A stretch of DNA of 63,714 bases, the filler included, from Octopus bimaculoides (lineage: Eukaryota), in NCBI RefSeq assembly GCF_001194135.2. It is 4 parts of 4 records of this genome, joined end to end, with 100 filler letters (N's around TTAATTAATTAA, not from the genome) between each part and the next. Parts side by side here need not be neighbours in the genome. Positions count along the whole stretch, not along the records: positions 39,337 to 61,201 come from NC_068994.1; positions 61,302 to 63,714 come from NW_026332182.1; 2 more parts are not named here. One strand, written 5' to 3'. Below are positions 52,800-63,714 of the stretch, in pieces (position 1 is the first letter of the stretch; every line of letters begins with the position of its first letter). Below the pieces are notes generated by a model, which had not been told where the DNA came from, did no database searches, and saw nothing but the letters and a program-made list of their open reading frames with translations. A program made the translations under genes and the position numbers.

Positions 52800-53090
52800 A
52801 GATCCCAATGGTGTACCAACTGTGGTTGGTTGTTACAGAGGATTTTCCGCCAAATCGTTTGTTGCGTATTAGAGAGACACCATTTTGTTTTCAAGAAACT
52901 CATCGATGAACTGCAAGATGTGTTAAAAGCGTGCATCAAGTTAATCAATAGAATTACATCACATCTTCTTCACAGTTTACGACTGTTTGTAATGTTATGT
53001 GAAAAAAATAAAAACAGCGAAACATTTAGCCAATTACTTTTACATAGAGAGAGAGAGATATACGGTGGTTGTGAAAAGGTTACAACTTGT
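52800..53090 (+). mobile_element. Decayed hAT-Charlie/SPIN transposase fragment
   Basis: NGVPTVVGCYRGFSAK (D-GAP motif) followed by CVLERHHFVFKKLIDELQDVLKACIKLINRITSHLLHS.RLFVMLCE....F.QLLLH, matching HC.LHR..L..K.L...L..VL...VK.VN.I....LNSRLF..LC....LLLH. Confidence 0.85.
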
Positions 53091-53293
53091 TGATCTGTCT
53101 GACTCATCTGTGAAGTTTCTTGTTAATGTAGAAGCATCGTCACGTGACCAAGTGGAAAAACGTAAGAAGCCTCTATCACGTGAAATGGCGTAAAAGATAC
53201 ACGGACATCTTAGACGCACCCTAATTTCAGCAGTGTAGATTCAGGAAAGAATGTTTTTAGTGCATTAAAGAATGCAATATTTAAAGCATCATG

Positions 53294-53450
53294 TAAGGCG
53301 GGAGCTGGTAGAATCGTTAGCGCGCCGGGTAAATTGCTTAGCGGTGTTTCGTCCGTCTTTACGTTCTGAGTTCAATTCCCGCCGAGGTCGACTTTTCTTT
53401 TCCTCTTTACGGAGTCAATAAGATAAGTACTTGTGCCAAAATTTGAAATC
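53294..53450 (+). mobile_element. SINE family A
   Basis: taaggcgggagctggtagaatcgttagcgcgccggg...gagttcaattcccgccgaggtcgac. Confidence 0.88.
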
Positions 53451-54545
53451 AATATTTTTCAGGCCTATAACAAATGAATGTTGGAGACGCTAAAAATATT
53501 TGAGATCGTTACCAAATATTGAAAAGAAATCGAGGGAAGATTTTAAAATATATTTCGAAGATGTATGGAATATATATACGGCTAACAGGGATGAGATATT
53601 ATTTGATGTGGAAATGTAAAATGTAAGCATTGTATCTCAGATAACAAATGCATTTTTATGTTTGTGGATCGCGAAGTTAAACCGTTGTTCAAAAACCTTA
53701 AGTGACATTGTATACAAAGGTTCCTAATTTAGACAGAATACCAGCAGTTTTAAGGGGAACCTCCCTATACGGTGCCCAGTGTTCCCCGGGTGCTATCCCA
53801 CAGTAAATGGGCGTATAAATATAACACGTATACTATGTGTGTGCGAACGATAATATTTGCATTACAAGAGCTGGTTTTAATTCGTAATTTAATTTTCTGT
53901 TACATGTGCTACGTCGCAGCACATCAGCAAATAGACTTCATTCTATTTGTATATAGATCATAGAGCAGCGATTCACTTTGTTTCAAGGTGACCTGACTAC
54001 ATGGTATTGATAAGCCATAATAATGACGAAATATCGATATCTACCAGCCACGGTGATTCCGAGGCGAATTATCTCCCCTGATCTGGGAAACTTGGTGTTC
54101 TTTAACTCTCGGTGTCGTGTGGGGAGGCTTCCCTGGTAGCTATCCCGCAGTAAATGGGCGTATAAACAAACATACATTATGTCCGTGCAACCGATAATGT
54201 TTACATTACTAGAGCTACTTTGAATTCGTCATTTAACACACGCAACATGTGAATGAGGGAAATTATCTGCTGTTTCTACCAGATGGAGCTATCACGCAAA
54301 GGCGTTCTCTCGTCGGCTCGAAATAAATTGAGTTATCATCATTTACTCCCAGATAACCTCTCGTTAGACAGATGAATGATGAAAGAAGACGTTCCATTTG
54401 TGACCATCCGCCTTCTGTATTCCCAGGAATTACGTGGCTCAAATTATCCCATATTTAACACACTAGGGTGTGATATGAGGTAGATTTGGCTGCTATTTCC
54501 AGCAAGTTGAACGGTCATGTAGAAACTCTCTTGTTGAACACAAAG

Positions 54546-54575
54546 ATCAGCTGACGTCCATTGACGTCAGCTGAT
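54546..54575. promoter_or_regulatory. Perfect 13-bp inverted repeat carrying CRE and E-box motifs
   Basis: ATCAGCTGACGTC-catt-GACGTCAGCTGAT; contains TGACGTCA and two CAGCTG. Confidence 0.4.
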
Positions 54576-55061
54576 ATGGCGGAAAATATTGTGAGGCAGC
54601 CATACAACAGGCAGACATACGATGCTCACGTCTGCTAGAAAACAGACCCCCTCACTCTTTTCTCTCTCCTCTCACTCTTCTCTTTCCCCTCTCTCTTCCC
54701 TCTCCTCTCTTTCCCCTCTTTCTCCCCCTCTCCTCTCTCTCTCTCTCTCTCTCCCTCCCTTTTACACTTATGTTTCATTCTTTCAGATTGATAGATAGAT
54801 AGATAGAAAGAGAGCTGGAGAGAGAGAGAGAGAGAGAGAGAGGCTGGGGAGAGGGAAAGAGAGAAAGAGTAAGGAATGGTAAGAAGTTATGAGCTACTTT
54901 TCTGCGTTCCATCAAAAAGATGGCTGATGTGAAGAGCGGGTTAAGTTATGAGTTGCAGTAGTGAAAGCAGGGCGTGAGGGCTGGTGAGAGTGAGTGAGCG
55001 CTGGCCGAGTTTCGGTTACTTATGTAGATATACCTAAACGAGCCTCTTCATAATAAGTACA

Positions 55062-55093
<32 letters not shown>

Positions 55094-55118
55094 CCGTCGT
55101 CGTCGTCGTCGTCGTCAT

Positions 55119-55636
55119 CGAGGCGACGAGTTGGCGGAGCTGTTAAAACATAGGAAAAATGCCATTGCAATATTTCTTCCGACACTTTACATTCTGAGTT
55201 CAAATCCTACATTCCATTCCTCTGGGAGCGTCGATAAAGTAAAGCGCCCATTAAGTACTGGCATTGAGGATATCGACTAACTCCTTCTCTCACAAAATTG
55301 CTGTCCTGGGGCCTAAATTAGAAATCGCTTTTGGTTTTTTTTTTCTCCTGGGAGAACCCACTGCTCACAGCTGGTACTTATTTCATCGTCCTCGGAAGGA
55401 TCGAAAGGCAAAGTCGACCTCGGCAGAATTTGAACGCGAAACGTAAAGACGGACGAAATACCACAAAGCATTTTGTTCGGAGAGCTTAACGATTCTGGCA
55501 GCTCGACACCTCAATAATCAATCACTAATAATATCAGTTTCAAATTTCAGCAGAAAATCAATACATCGACCACCAGTGTTCAACTGGTACTTATTTCATC
55601 GTCCTCGGAAGGATCGAAAGGCAAAGTCGACCTCGG
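55119..55636. mobile_element. Family A SINE cluster (55119-55325 +, 55340-55512 -, 55575-55636 - partial)
   Basis: Central-domain and head matches. Confidence 0.8.
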
Positions 55637-56197
55637 NNNNNNNNNNNNNNNNNNNNNNNNNNNNNNNNNNNNNNNNNNNNNNNNNNNNNNNNNNNNNNNN
55701 NNNNNNNNNNNNNNNNNNNNNNNNNNNNNNNNNNNNNNNNNNNNNNNNNNNNNNNNNNNNNNNNNNNNNNNNNNNNNNNNNNNNNNNNNNNNNNNNNNNN
55801 NNNNNNNNNNNNNNNNNNNNNNNNNNNNNNNNNNNNNNNNNNNNNNNNNNNNNNNNNNNNNNNNNNNNNNNNNNNNNNNNNNNNNNNNNNNNNNNNNNNN
55901 NNNNNNNNNNNNNNNNNNNNNNNNNNNNNNNNNNNNNNNNNNNNNNNNNNNNNNNNNNNNNNNNNNNNNNNNNNNNNNNNNNNNNNNNNNNNNNNNNNNN
56001 NNNNNNNNNNNNNNNNNNNNNNNNNNNNNNNNNNNNNNNNNNNNNNNNNNNNNNNNNNNNNNNNNNNNNNNNNNNNNNNNNNNNNNNNNNNNNNNNNNNN
56101 NNNNNNNNNNNNNNNNNNNNNNNNNNNNNNNNNNNTTCACTGGTAGTGAACAGCTGACACCGTAGTACATCTCCAGCGTTAGAAGCCGTGCAAAAGA

Positions 56198-56277
<80 letters not shown>

Positions 56278-56279
<2 letters not shown>

Positions 56280-56370
56280 TTGATGTCTTGCAAAAAGCAG
56301 CCTTATTGGGCACAGCGCACATCTCCAGGAAAGTATTGTCGGTCTGAGGTCCTCGTTGTGACTCGGCAGA
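56278..56370 (+). mobile_element. Extreme 3' end of an R4/Dong-type LINE directly after (TAA)n
   Basis: Translates to FDVLQKAALLGTAHISRKVLSV*. Confidence 0.85.
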
Positions 56371-56711
56371 TGATTAAAGACTCAGGTGCATTTTTACCTA
56401 CACTGTGTTACGAAGGAATAATAGAATGCTGCAGCGAATACCAAACAGCATTGACGTGTGACAGCGAGCTGCCGGGAAGATGGATCGAATGTGAAACCTT
56501 CACGAAGCAGGAATTAAGAATTCGCAAAAATAATGAAAGAGAGCTATGTCTTTATGTAAGCCATCTCAGGAAACTGAAAGATTTTTTTTTTATATAGAGT
56601 ATATATAAGCAAAAAGTAGATTCCCCCAGATGCACCGCCACAGCAACATGTGTGTAAAAATGTAAACACATGAACGGCAATATTTCTATACGAAAACTGA
56701 AAATCTGTCAT

Positions 56712-57065
56712 TATTTGAGGACAGATAACATTAGCAGACATAGCTAATATTTGAAGACAGATAACATTAGCAGACATAGCTAATATTTGAAGACATGATG
56801 AATATTTGTAGACATAGCTAATATTTGAGGACATAGCTAATGTTTGAGGACATGGTTAATATTTGAAGACATAGATAATGTTTGAGGACATAGATAATGT
56901 TTGAGGACATAGTGAATATTTGAGGACATGGTTAATATTTGAAGACATAGCTAATATTTGAGGACATAGATAATGTTTGAAGACATAGCTAATATTTGAG
57001 GACATAGATAATGTTTGAGGACATAGTGAATATTTGAGGACATAGCTAATATTTGGAGACATAGT
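56712..57065. repeat. 19-bp minisatellite (GACATAGCTAATATTTGAG), about 17 units
   Basis: Direct reading; recurring variants; two 36-bp (17+19) units at the start. Confidence 0.92.
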
Positions 57066-57141
57066 AATGACACGCTATATTGTCCTGTGCGTTTCCTAAT
57101 GTTTTTTCAATCGTTCGTACTTCATAAATAAGTAAATAAAT

Positions 57142-57181
<40 letters not shown>

Positions 57182-57214
57182 TACATTATTATTATTATCA
57201 TAATTATCATTATC

Positions 57215-57538
57215 TTGGTTTGGCCCAGGATTTTATGTGGATAGCAGGTTACCACCTGTAACCTTAGGTAACCACATGTCTTCAGCAGTCTCTCAGGTGC
57301 TTAGAACCCTCCTGATAATCCTTGTTGTCCCTAAGAGACAAACTTTCTGTAGGAGCTCTACTGGGAATTCTATTCCAATCTCCTTCAACCATTTGTCTAG
57401 ATCTTGGCTTCCTGTTCCCAGCGCACCTATTATTATAAGCACGCCCTATACTGTTCGCAAACTCCAAATTTCTACCTATTTCAAATTTTAAGGGATTGTA
57501 TTCTTTGTTTTTCTTCCTCTTTTTCTTTACGATTCTTT
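57215..57538 (-). mobile_element. 5'-truncated R4/Dong-type LINE, same family as 12151-12608
   Basis: KEYNPLKFEIGR...IIIGALGTGSQDLDKWLKEIGIEFPVELLQKVCLLGTTRIIRRVLST*; shares the ttggtttggc 3' end; (ATT/ATC)n on both sides. Confidence 0.9.
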
Positions 57539-57554
57539 ATTATTATTATTATTG

Positions 57555-57618
<64 letters not shown>

Positions 57619-57639
57619 TTTCCTCGGGATATAGGAAGT

Positions 57640-57885
57640 AATGAATTTTTCAGAAGAGCATCATGGGAAGAAATCGTGATACTTCAACAGAACAACGAAG
57701 TTCGCTTGTTGGACACGTCCTGAAGCAGTTAGACAACTGGTTTGCAAGAGAAGCATTGCGATGGACACCGAAAAGAATTAGAAGGGGGTGGAGTAGACCC
57801 CGGCTTACACAGCAGCAAACCTTTCAGGAATACTTGGAAGCGGTCAGCAAATCTAATATTCGAGGTCATGGCTAGCATTTGAATT
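57640..57885 (+). mobile_element. Decayed RTE-clade LINE C-terminal fragment
   Basis: LVGHVLKQLDNWFAREALRWTPKRIRRGWSRPRLT, matching the GHVLR....AR.AL.W.P...R.RGRP..TW motif. Confidence 0.75.
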
Positions 57886-58280
57886 GACAGTGTCCTGCAC
57901 AATTGACAATGTCCTCTACAATTGACAATGTCCTCTATAATTAACAGTTTCCTATACAATTGATAATGTCCTGTACAATCGACAATGTCCGGTATAATTG
58001 ACAATATCCTGTATAATTTGACATTCTCCTACACAATTGACAATGTCCTGTACAATTGACAGTATCCTATACAACTGACAATGTCCTGTATAATTGACAA
58101 TGTCTTCTATAATTGACAATGTCCTGTATAATTGACAGTGTCCTATACAATTGACAATGTCTTCTATAATTGACAATGACCTGTATAATTGACAGTGTCC
58201 TATGCAATTGACAATGTCCTGTATAATTGACAATGTCCTCTATAATTGACAGTGTCCTATACAATTAACAATGTCCTATA
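57885..58280. repeat. 19-bp minisatellite (AATTGACAATGTCCTGTAT), about 20 units
   Basis: Direct reading. Confidence 0.92.
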
Positions 58281-58559
58281 TGACCAGTAGTGTCCCTGTG
58301 CACCACACCTTGTGTCACTCTAACCACTACCACCATCGTTTCGGCACCATTATCGCCGCCGCCGGCACCACCACAACAGCCAGTAGTACACCTCCCCCAC
58401 CTGCTACCCACCTTCATTACCCTCAAGGCCAACACCATCGCTCCTATTATGATCGCCATTATCACCACCGCCACCACCACAGTACAACTGCAACCACCAT
58501 TGCTACTCACCGCCACCACCGCCACCACCACCACCACATTCTCAACCGACCACTTTCAA

Positions 58560-58649
58560 CGTTTTGCTCCCTTTGTATTACTCTGGTTCCGTTTACTTCC
58601 TCCCACTCCTCTTCTTTCTTTCTTCTCCTCCTATTCCTCCTCCTCCACG

Positions 58650-58685
<36 letters not shown>

Positions 58686-58809
58686 CGTACTTCTTCTTAA
58701 CCTTCTAATTCCCCCTCCTTTCCTCCTTTGTTTCCTCTTTTCTTTTCATCACTCTAACTATATTTTCTTTCTCTTTCATCCTTTTTTCCCTTCTTCCATC
58801 ACTTGTAGC

Positions 58810-58848
<39 letters not shown>

Positions 58849-58997
58849 TCCCTCTCTCTTACTATCCCTCCCACCATCTCTACACCTCTCTCTCTCTCAC
58901 TCTCAACCCACTTCTGTCTTTGTTCAACTTCCTCTTCTACCTTGTCTTCTCTCCCCTCTCTCTCTTTTATTCTTCCTTTCTCTTTCTATTTATCCTC

Positions 58998-59048
<51 letters not shown>

Positions 59049-60650
59049 CTTATTTTCTCTGCTGTTTATTTGTTATTCTTTGTTTCTATTTCTATTTATT
59101 ATCTTCTTTTTTCTGTTGTTCTTTGTTTCTTTCCTTCCTTCCTTTCTTTCTCCTCTCTCCTATTTTACACTCATTTTCCTTCGTCTTCTCTTTCTTCCTA
59201 ATATCATTTCTTTCAGTTCTTCTTTCCTCTAGTTTCTTCGGTCTTCTTCTTCCTATCACTTCTTCTCACTTGTCCTTTCTTTACTTCTTTCCTTCTTTTT
59301 CTTTTCTTCTTTTCTTCTTTTCTTCTTTGTTTGTTTGTTTGTTTGTTTGTTTCTTTCTTTCTTTCTTCATACTTCCTCTCTTTTCTTTCATTCCTTCAAT
59401 TATTTCTCCCCGTTTTCTTATCCTCGTTCCTCCTCCCCCTCTTTTTATTTCCGTCTGTCTGTCTGTCTGTCTCTCTCTCTCTGTCTCTCCCCCTCCCTTT
59501 CTCTCTCTCTTTAATTCTTTTTCTCTCCTATCATTCTCTCTGTACTTATTTCCTCTCTCTCTCTCTAATTCGCCTTTCTTTCCTTCTTTCTTTTCTCTCT
59601 CTCTCTCTCTCTCTTCATTCTCTCTTTTGAATTTCCTTTTACTTTCTCCCCCCTCTCTCTTTCTTTCGCCCTTTTTCTTTCTTTCTTTCTTTCTTTCACA
59701 CACACACACTCCCCCCTCTCTCTCTGTTTCCTTTCCGTCTTTATTCATTTCTTAAATCTTCTCTCTCTTTCATTCTCTCCTTCCAATTTCCTTTTTCTTT
59801 CCCCTCTCTTCCCCCTCGCCTTCCACTCTTTTCCCCCCTTCCTTTCTTTCCACTCCTCCACCACCTCTCTCTCTTTCTCTCCAACTCCCCCTCACAGCCC
59901 ACTCCCTTCACGTCATTCTCTCCTTCTAATATCCTTCTTACTCCGCCTCCCTAAACCTCCTCTCCCTACTCCCTCTCTTTCCCCCCTCTCCCTCTCTCTC
60001 AATCTCTCTCTCATTCAAATGCCTGCTTTTATCCTTTTATTCTCTTTCATTCTTTATTAAACATTTTTCTCCTTCAATTCTTCTCACGACATTTTAACCT
60101 CTCTTTCACTTTCCCACTGTCTCGCTCTTTCTCTGCCATCAATTTCGACCTCTCTCTCTCTCACTCTTTTTCTTTCTCATTTTTTCTCTTACTCTCCCAT
60201 TCTTTCTCTCTCTCTCTCTCTCATTCTTTCTCTCTCTCTCACTCTTTCTCTCTCATTCTCATTTTGTTTCTTCCCTTTTGTCGCCCTCTCTCTTTTATTC
60301 TCTACTATTTCTCTTTCATTCCATTATTCTCTCTTTTCTTTTCGTTCTCTTCTTCAACCTAACCCCCCACCATTCTCTCTGTCTCTCTGTCTCTCTGTCT
60401 CTCTGTCACTCTGTCTCTCTCTCTCCTGTGTCTTTCTTCCTAATTCTTTCCTTCTGTCTTTCTCATCACCCTCTCATTCCTTCTGTCTCTCCTTCTTTTC
60501 TTTTCTCTATTATTCCTCCCTCAACTCCTTCCTTCTTCATTTCTCTTCTTTTTCCTTTTCCTTCTCTTTTCTTTCTGGTTTTTCTGGATTTTTCATTCAC
60601 CTCGTTTCAGTCTGAATTCATTTCATTTCCTTTTCACTGCAACCACCGCC
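58560..60650. repeat. ~2-kb pyrimidine-rich low-complexity domain
   Basis: Direct reading. Confidence 0.9.
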
Positions 60651-62891
60651 GCCGCCACCAAAACCACCACCACCACCATTACTGCCACAACCGTCTCAAA
60701 CGCTGACACCATCCCCATCATCATTATCACCTCCACCCCACCACCACCAGCTTCACTACTTACCCAAGCACCACCACCACCATTGCAAGCACCACCACAT
60801 CTTCATTCATCATAATCATTCATCAGCAGCATCATCATCATCACCACCGCCGCCGCCTCCACCGCCACCATCGCCTCCCCACCCAGAAGCACTGACGTCG
60901 TCATCGCCACCAGTGTCGCCACTATCCAGTCATCACTGCCAACGCTGCAGACCCGGCTCTCTTACCGCCGCCGCCACCACCGCTCCCGCCATCATTTCCG
61001 TCTTCTCCTCCCCGCCACCCATAGCCACCACCACCACCATTGAAGCCATCATGGTTACTATTACCGCCAGCTAACAACAACAACAACAACAGCAAGCCAA
61101 TACCATCACCATGACCACCACCACCACACAGCAACGTCACGACATCCAGTCGTTTCTCAACCACTACCACCACGACAACAATAGCAACCACCACCACTAC
61201 TNNNNNNNNNNNNNNNNNNNNNNNNNNNNNNNNNNNNNNNNNNNNTTAATTAATTAANNNNNNNNNNNNNNNNNNNNNNNNNNNNNNNNNNNNNNNNNNN
61301 NGGTGTGGAGTTTTGACTGCTCCTTCTAGCGGGTTAGATGTCCTATTATGGGTATCTCTAATGTATTTAAATGTACACTGTATTTAAATGAATTCTATAT
61401 AGTGTATTGACTATTTTTTTCTTCTCGCTAGACCACCGGTAGCAAATAAAATTTCTAAATTTGTTTTTCCTACCCTGAGATTTATTAATTATATATATAT
61501 ATATATGCATGTATGTATGTATATGTATATATTTATATATACACTTACATATTAATAGATGTGCGTATACTCGCAGGCACGGATAAAAGTCGGTAGATAT
61601 ACGAAAATTAATACTTTTCTCTATTCTATATATCCGGGAAACGATGTTTCTTGGTTTTTAAGGTCTTTTTTTTTATTTTGCTTCACTTTAATACTTTGCC
61701 TCTCGAACAATATTAACATCTATTGAATGCAGCAAATAAAGCGCCACCTAGCGCCTCATGCCACCCATCCCTTTTACAACTTGACATTGCTTGGTTTAAT
61801 GAATTGAAAGATTTAATTAAGAAAATGATTTAATTAACTAATTATTTGTAATGACAGAACTAAAGGACGAGCCTAAAATATGTTCTTCGAATTCAAGCAG
61901 TGATACGTTACATGTAGCATTCCAGTGCAGCTTTAATTAAGAGCAACATTTCATTATTGATTTCTAATTACAAAGCCGCACATTCTTCTGGGCGACTTTG
62001 TAAATAGACGACTTCCCAAGTATTATTTTATCGACTCTACAGAGCTAGAAAGCTAAGTTGACAAGATTTGGTAAAAAATAAAAATTAAATTAAAAAATTA
62101 AGAAAAAAAACAACGAAAAAATGCGTAAATAAATGAGGTTACTCTTTACTCTCTTTTACTTGTTTGAGTCATTTGACTGTGGCCATGCTGGAGCACCGCC
62201 TTTAGTCGAGCAAATCGACCCCAGAACTTATTCTTTGTAAGTCTAGTACTTATTCTATCCTTCAGTTTTGCCGAACTGCTAGGTTACGGGGACGTAAACA
62301 CACCAGCATCGGTTGTCAAGCGATGTTGTGGGGGACAAACACAGACACACAAACATATACACGTACATACATANNNNNNNNNNNNNNNNNNNNNNNNNNN
62401 NNNNNNNNNNNNNNNNNNNNNNNNNNNNNNNNNNNNNNNNNNNNNNNNNNNNNNNNNNNNNNNNNNNNNNNNNNNNNNNNNNNNNNNNNNNNNNNNNNNN
62501 NNNNNNNNNNNNNNNNNNNNNNNNNNNNNNNNNNNNNNNNNNNNNNNNNNNNNNNNNNNNNNNNNNNNNNNNNNNNNNNNNNNNNNNNNNNNNNNNNNNN
62601 NNNNNNNNNNNNNNNNNNNNNNNNNNNNNNNNNNNNNNNNNNNNNNNNNNNNNNNNNNNNNNNNNNNNNNNNNNNNNNNNNNNNNNNNNNNNNNNNNNNN
62701 NNNNNNNNNNNNNNNNNNNNNNNNNNNNNNNNNNNNNNNNNNNNNNNNNNNNNNNNNNNNNNNNNNNNNNNNNNNNNNNNNNNNNNNNNNNNNNNNNNNN
62801 NNNNNNNNNNNNNNNNNNNNNNNNNNNNNNNNNNNNNNNNNNNNNNNNNNNNNNNNNNNNNNNNNNNNNNNNNNNNNNNNNNNNNNNNNNN

Positions 62892-63100
62892 NGCAGGGGA
62901 TGGTGGCGAACCCTGGTGTACTCTTTCACCACAACTTTCTCTCACTCTCACTTCCTGTTTCTGTTGTGCCTGTAATTCAAAGGGCCAGCCTTGTCACACT
63001 GTGTCACGCTGAATCTCCCCGAGAACTACGTTAAGGGTATACGAGTCTGTGTGCGTTAATTTCACAAGCAGGCTGTTCTCTTGATCGGTTCAACTGGAAT
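62892..63100 (+). mobile_element. SINE family E (body only, head lost in the gap)
   Basis: gcaggggatggtggcgaaccc...ctcactct.acttcctgttt...gagaactacgttaagggta matches 45125-45340. Confidence 0.88.
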
Positions 63101-63465
63101 GTGTTTATGATGGAAACATGGATTTTAAAAATTTGATTTTGAAATGTATAAAAGAGGCGCTGCAATGTAAAAGAAAACCTTCTCTAAGTACCGCTCCCTC
63201 ACGCCCTTACCATTCTTGTATAAGATTGGCATCAATCTTGAATGAAGACGGAATGGTTGAAGACGTAATATGATCAGAGACAGTGGAGCGAGGAACGAGA
63301 AAGTCGCTTACACGCTACATGGAAGCAAAGTCTTGTAATTGTCTTGACAAAAAGAAAGTTTTTCGTAAAGGCGTGATGGGATTCTTGCTTCTTAAAGCTG
63401 GCCTGAATAATGAGATTAGGCGAAATCCTACTATAATAATAATAACAATGATGATGATAATAATA

Positions 63466-63518
<53 letters not shown>

Positions 63519-63532
63519 TGTACCACTATTAA

Positions 63533-63584
<52 letters not shown>

Positions 63585-63714
63585 ATACCTGTCTATCTCT
63601 CTGCCTGTCTATTTATCTATATGTCTGTCTATCTATCTGTCTATCTATCATTATATATACATATATATTTAAATATATAAATATATATACAAGTATATTC
63701 ATATTTACACACAC

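Noticed and set aside
56712-58280. CRISPR-like arrays
   Set aside because: Units are contiguous 19-mers without unique spacers, there are no cas genes, and the context is eukaryotic.

Overview
Eukaryotic, AT-rich, repeat-dominated DNA with many N gaps. The SINE families and extreme microsatellite load resemble a cephalopod, probably Octopus (inference from recalled repeat sequences, not a database search). I cannot support any intact protein-coding gene, tRNA/rRNA gene or CRISPR array; nearly every ORF in the supplied track is a translation of microsatellite, N runs or SINE sequence. Supported content: dozens of SINE copies in about six families or modules (labelled A-F here); decayed non-LTR retrotransposon fragments (R4/Dong-type RLE, RTE, Penelope GIY-YIG); decayed Tc1/mariner (maT-like) and hAT-Charlie transposase fragments; three MITEs; three 19-bp minisatellites; and three artificial 44N-TTAATTAATTAA-44N linkers. 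The leads most worth checking are a 20-bp-periodic CCAAT array ending in a TATA box with a downstream YY1 motif (~40.9-41.4 kb), two minimal hammerhead-like motifs (~43-44 kb), a speculative phase-compatible minus-strand exon chain, and a perfect CRE/E-box palindrome. I see no convincing evidence of a new biological system. Repeat boundaries are approximate (+/-10-20 bp).
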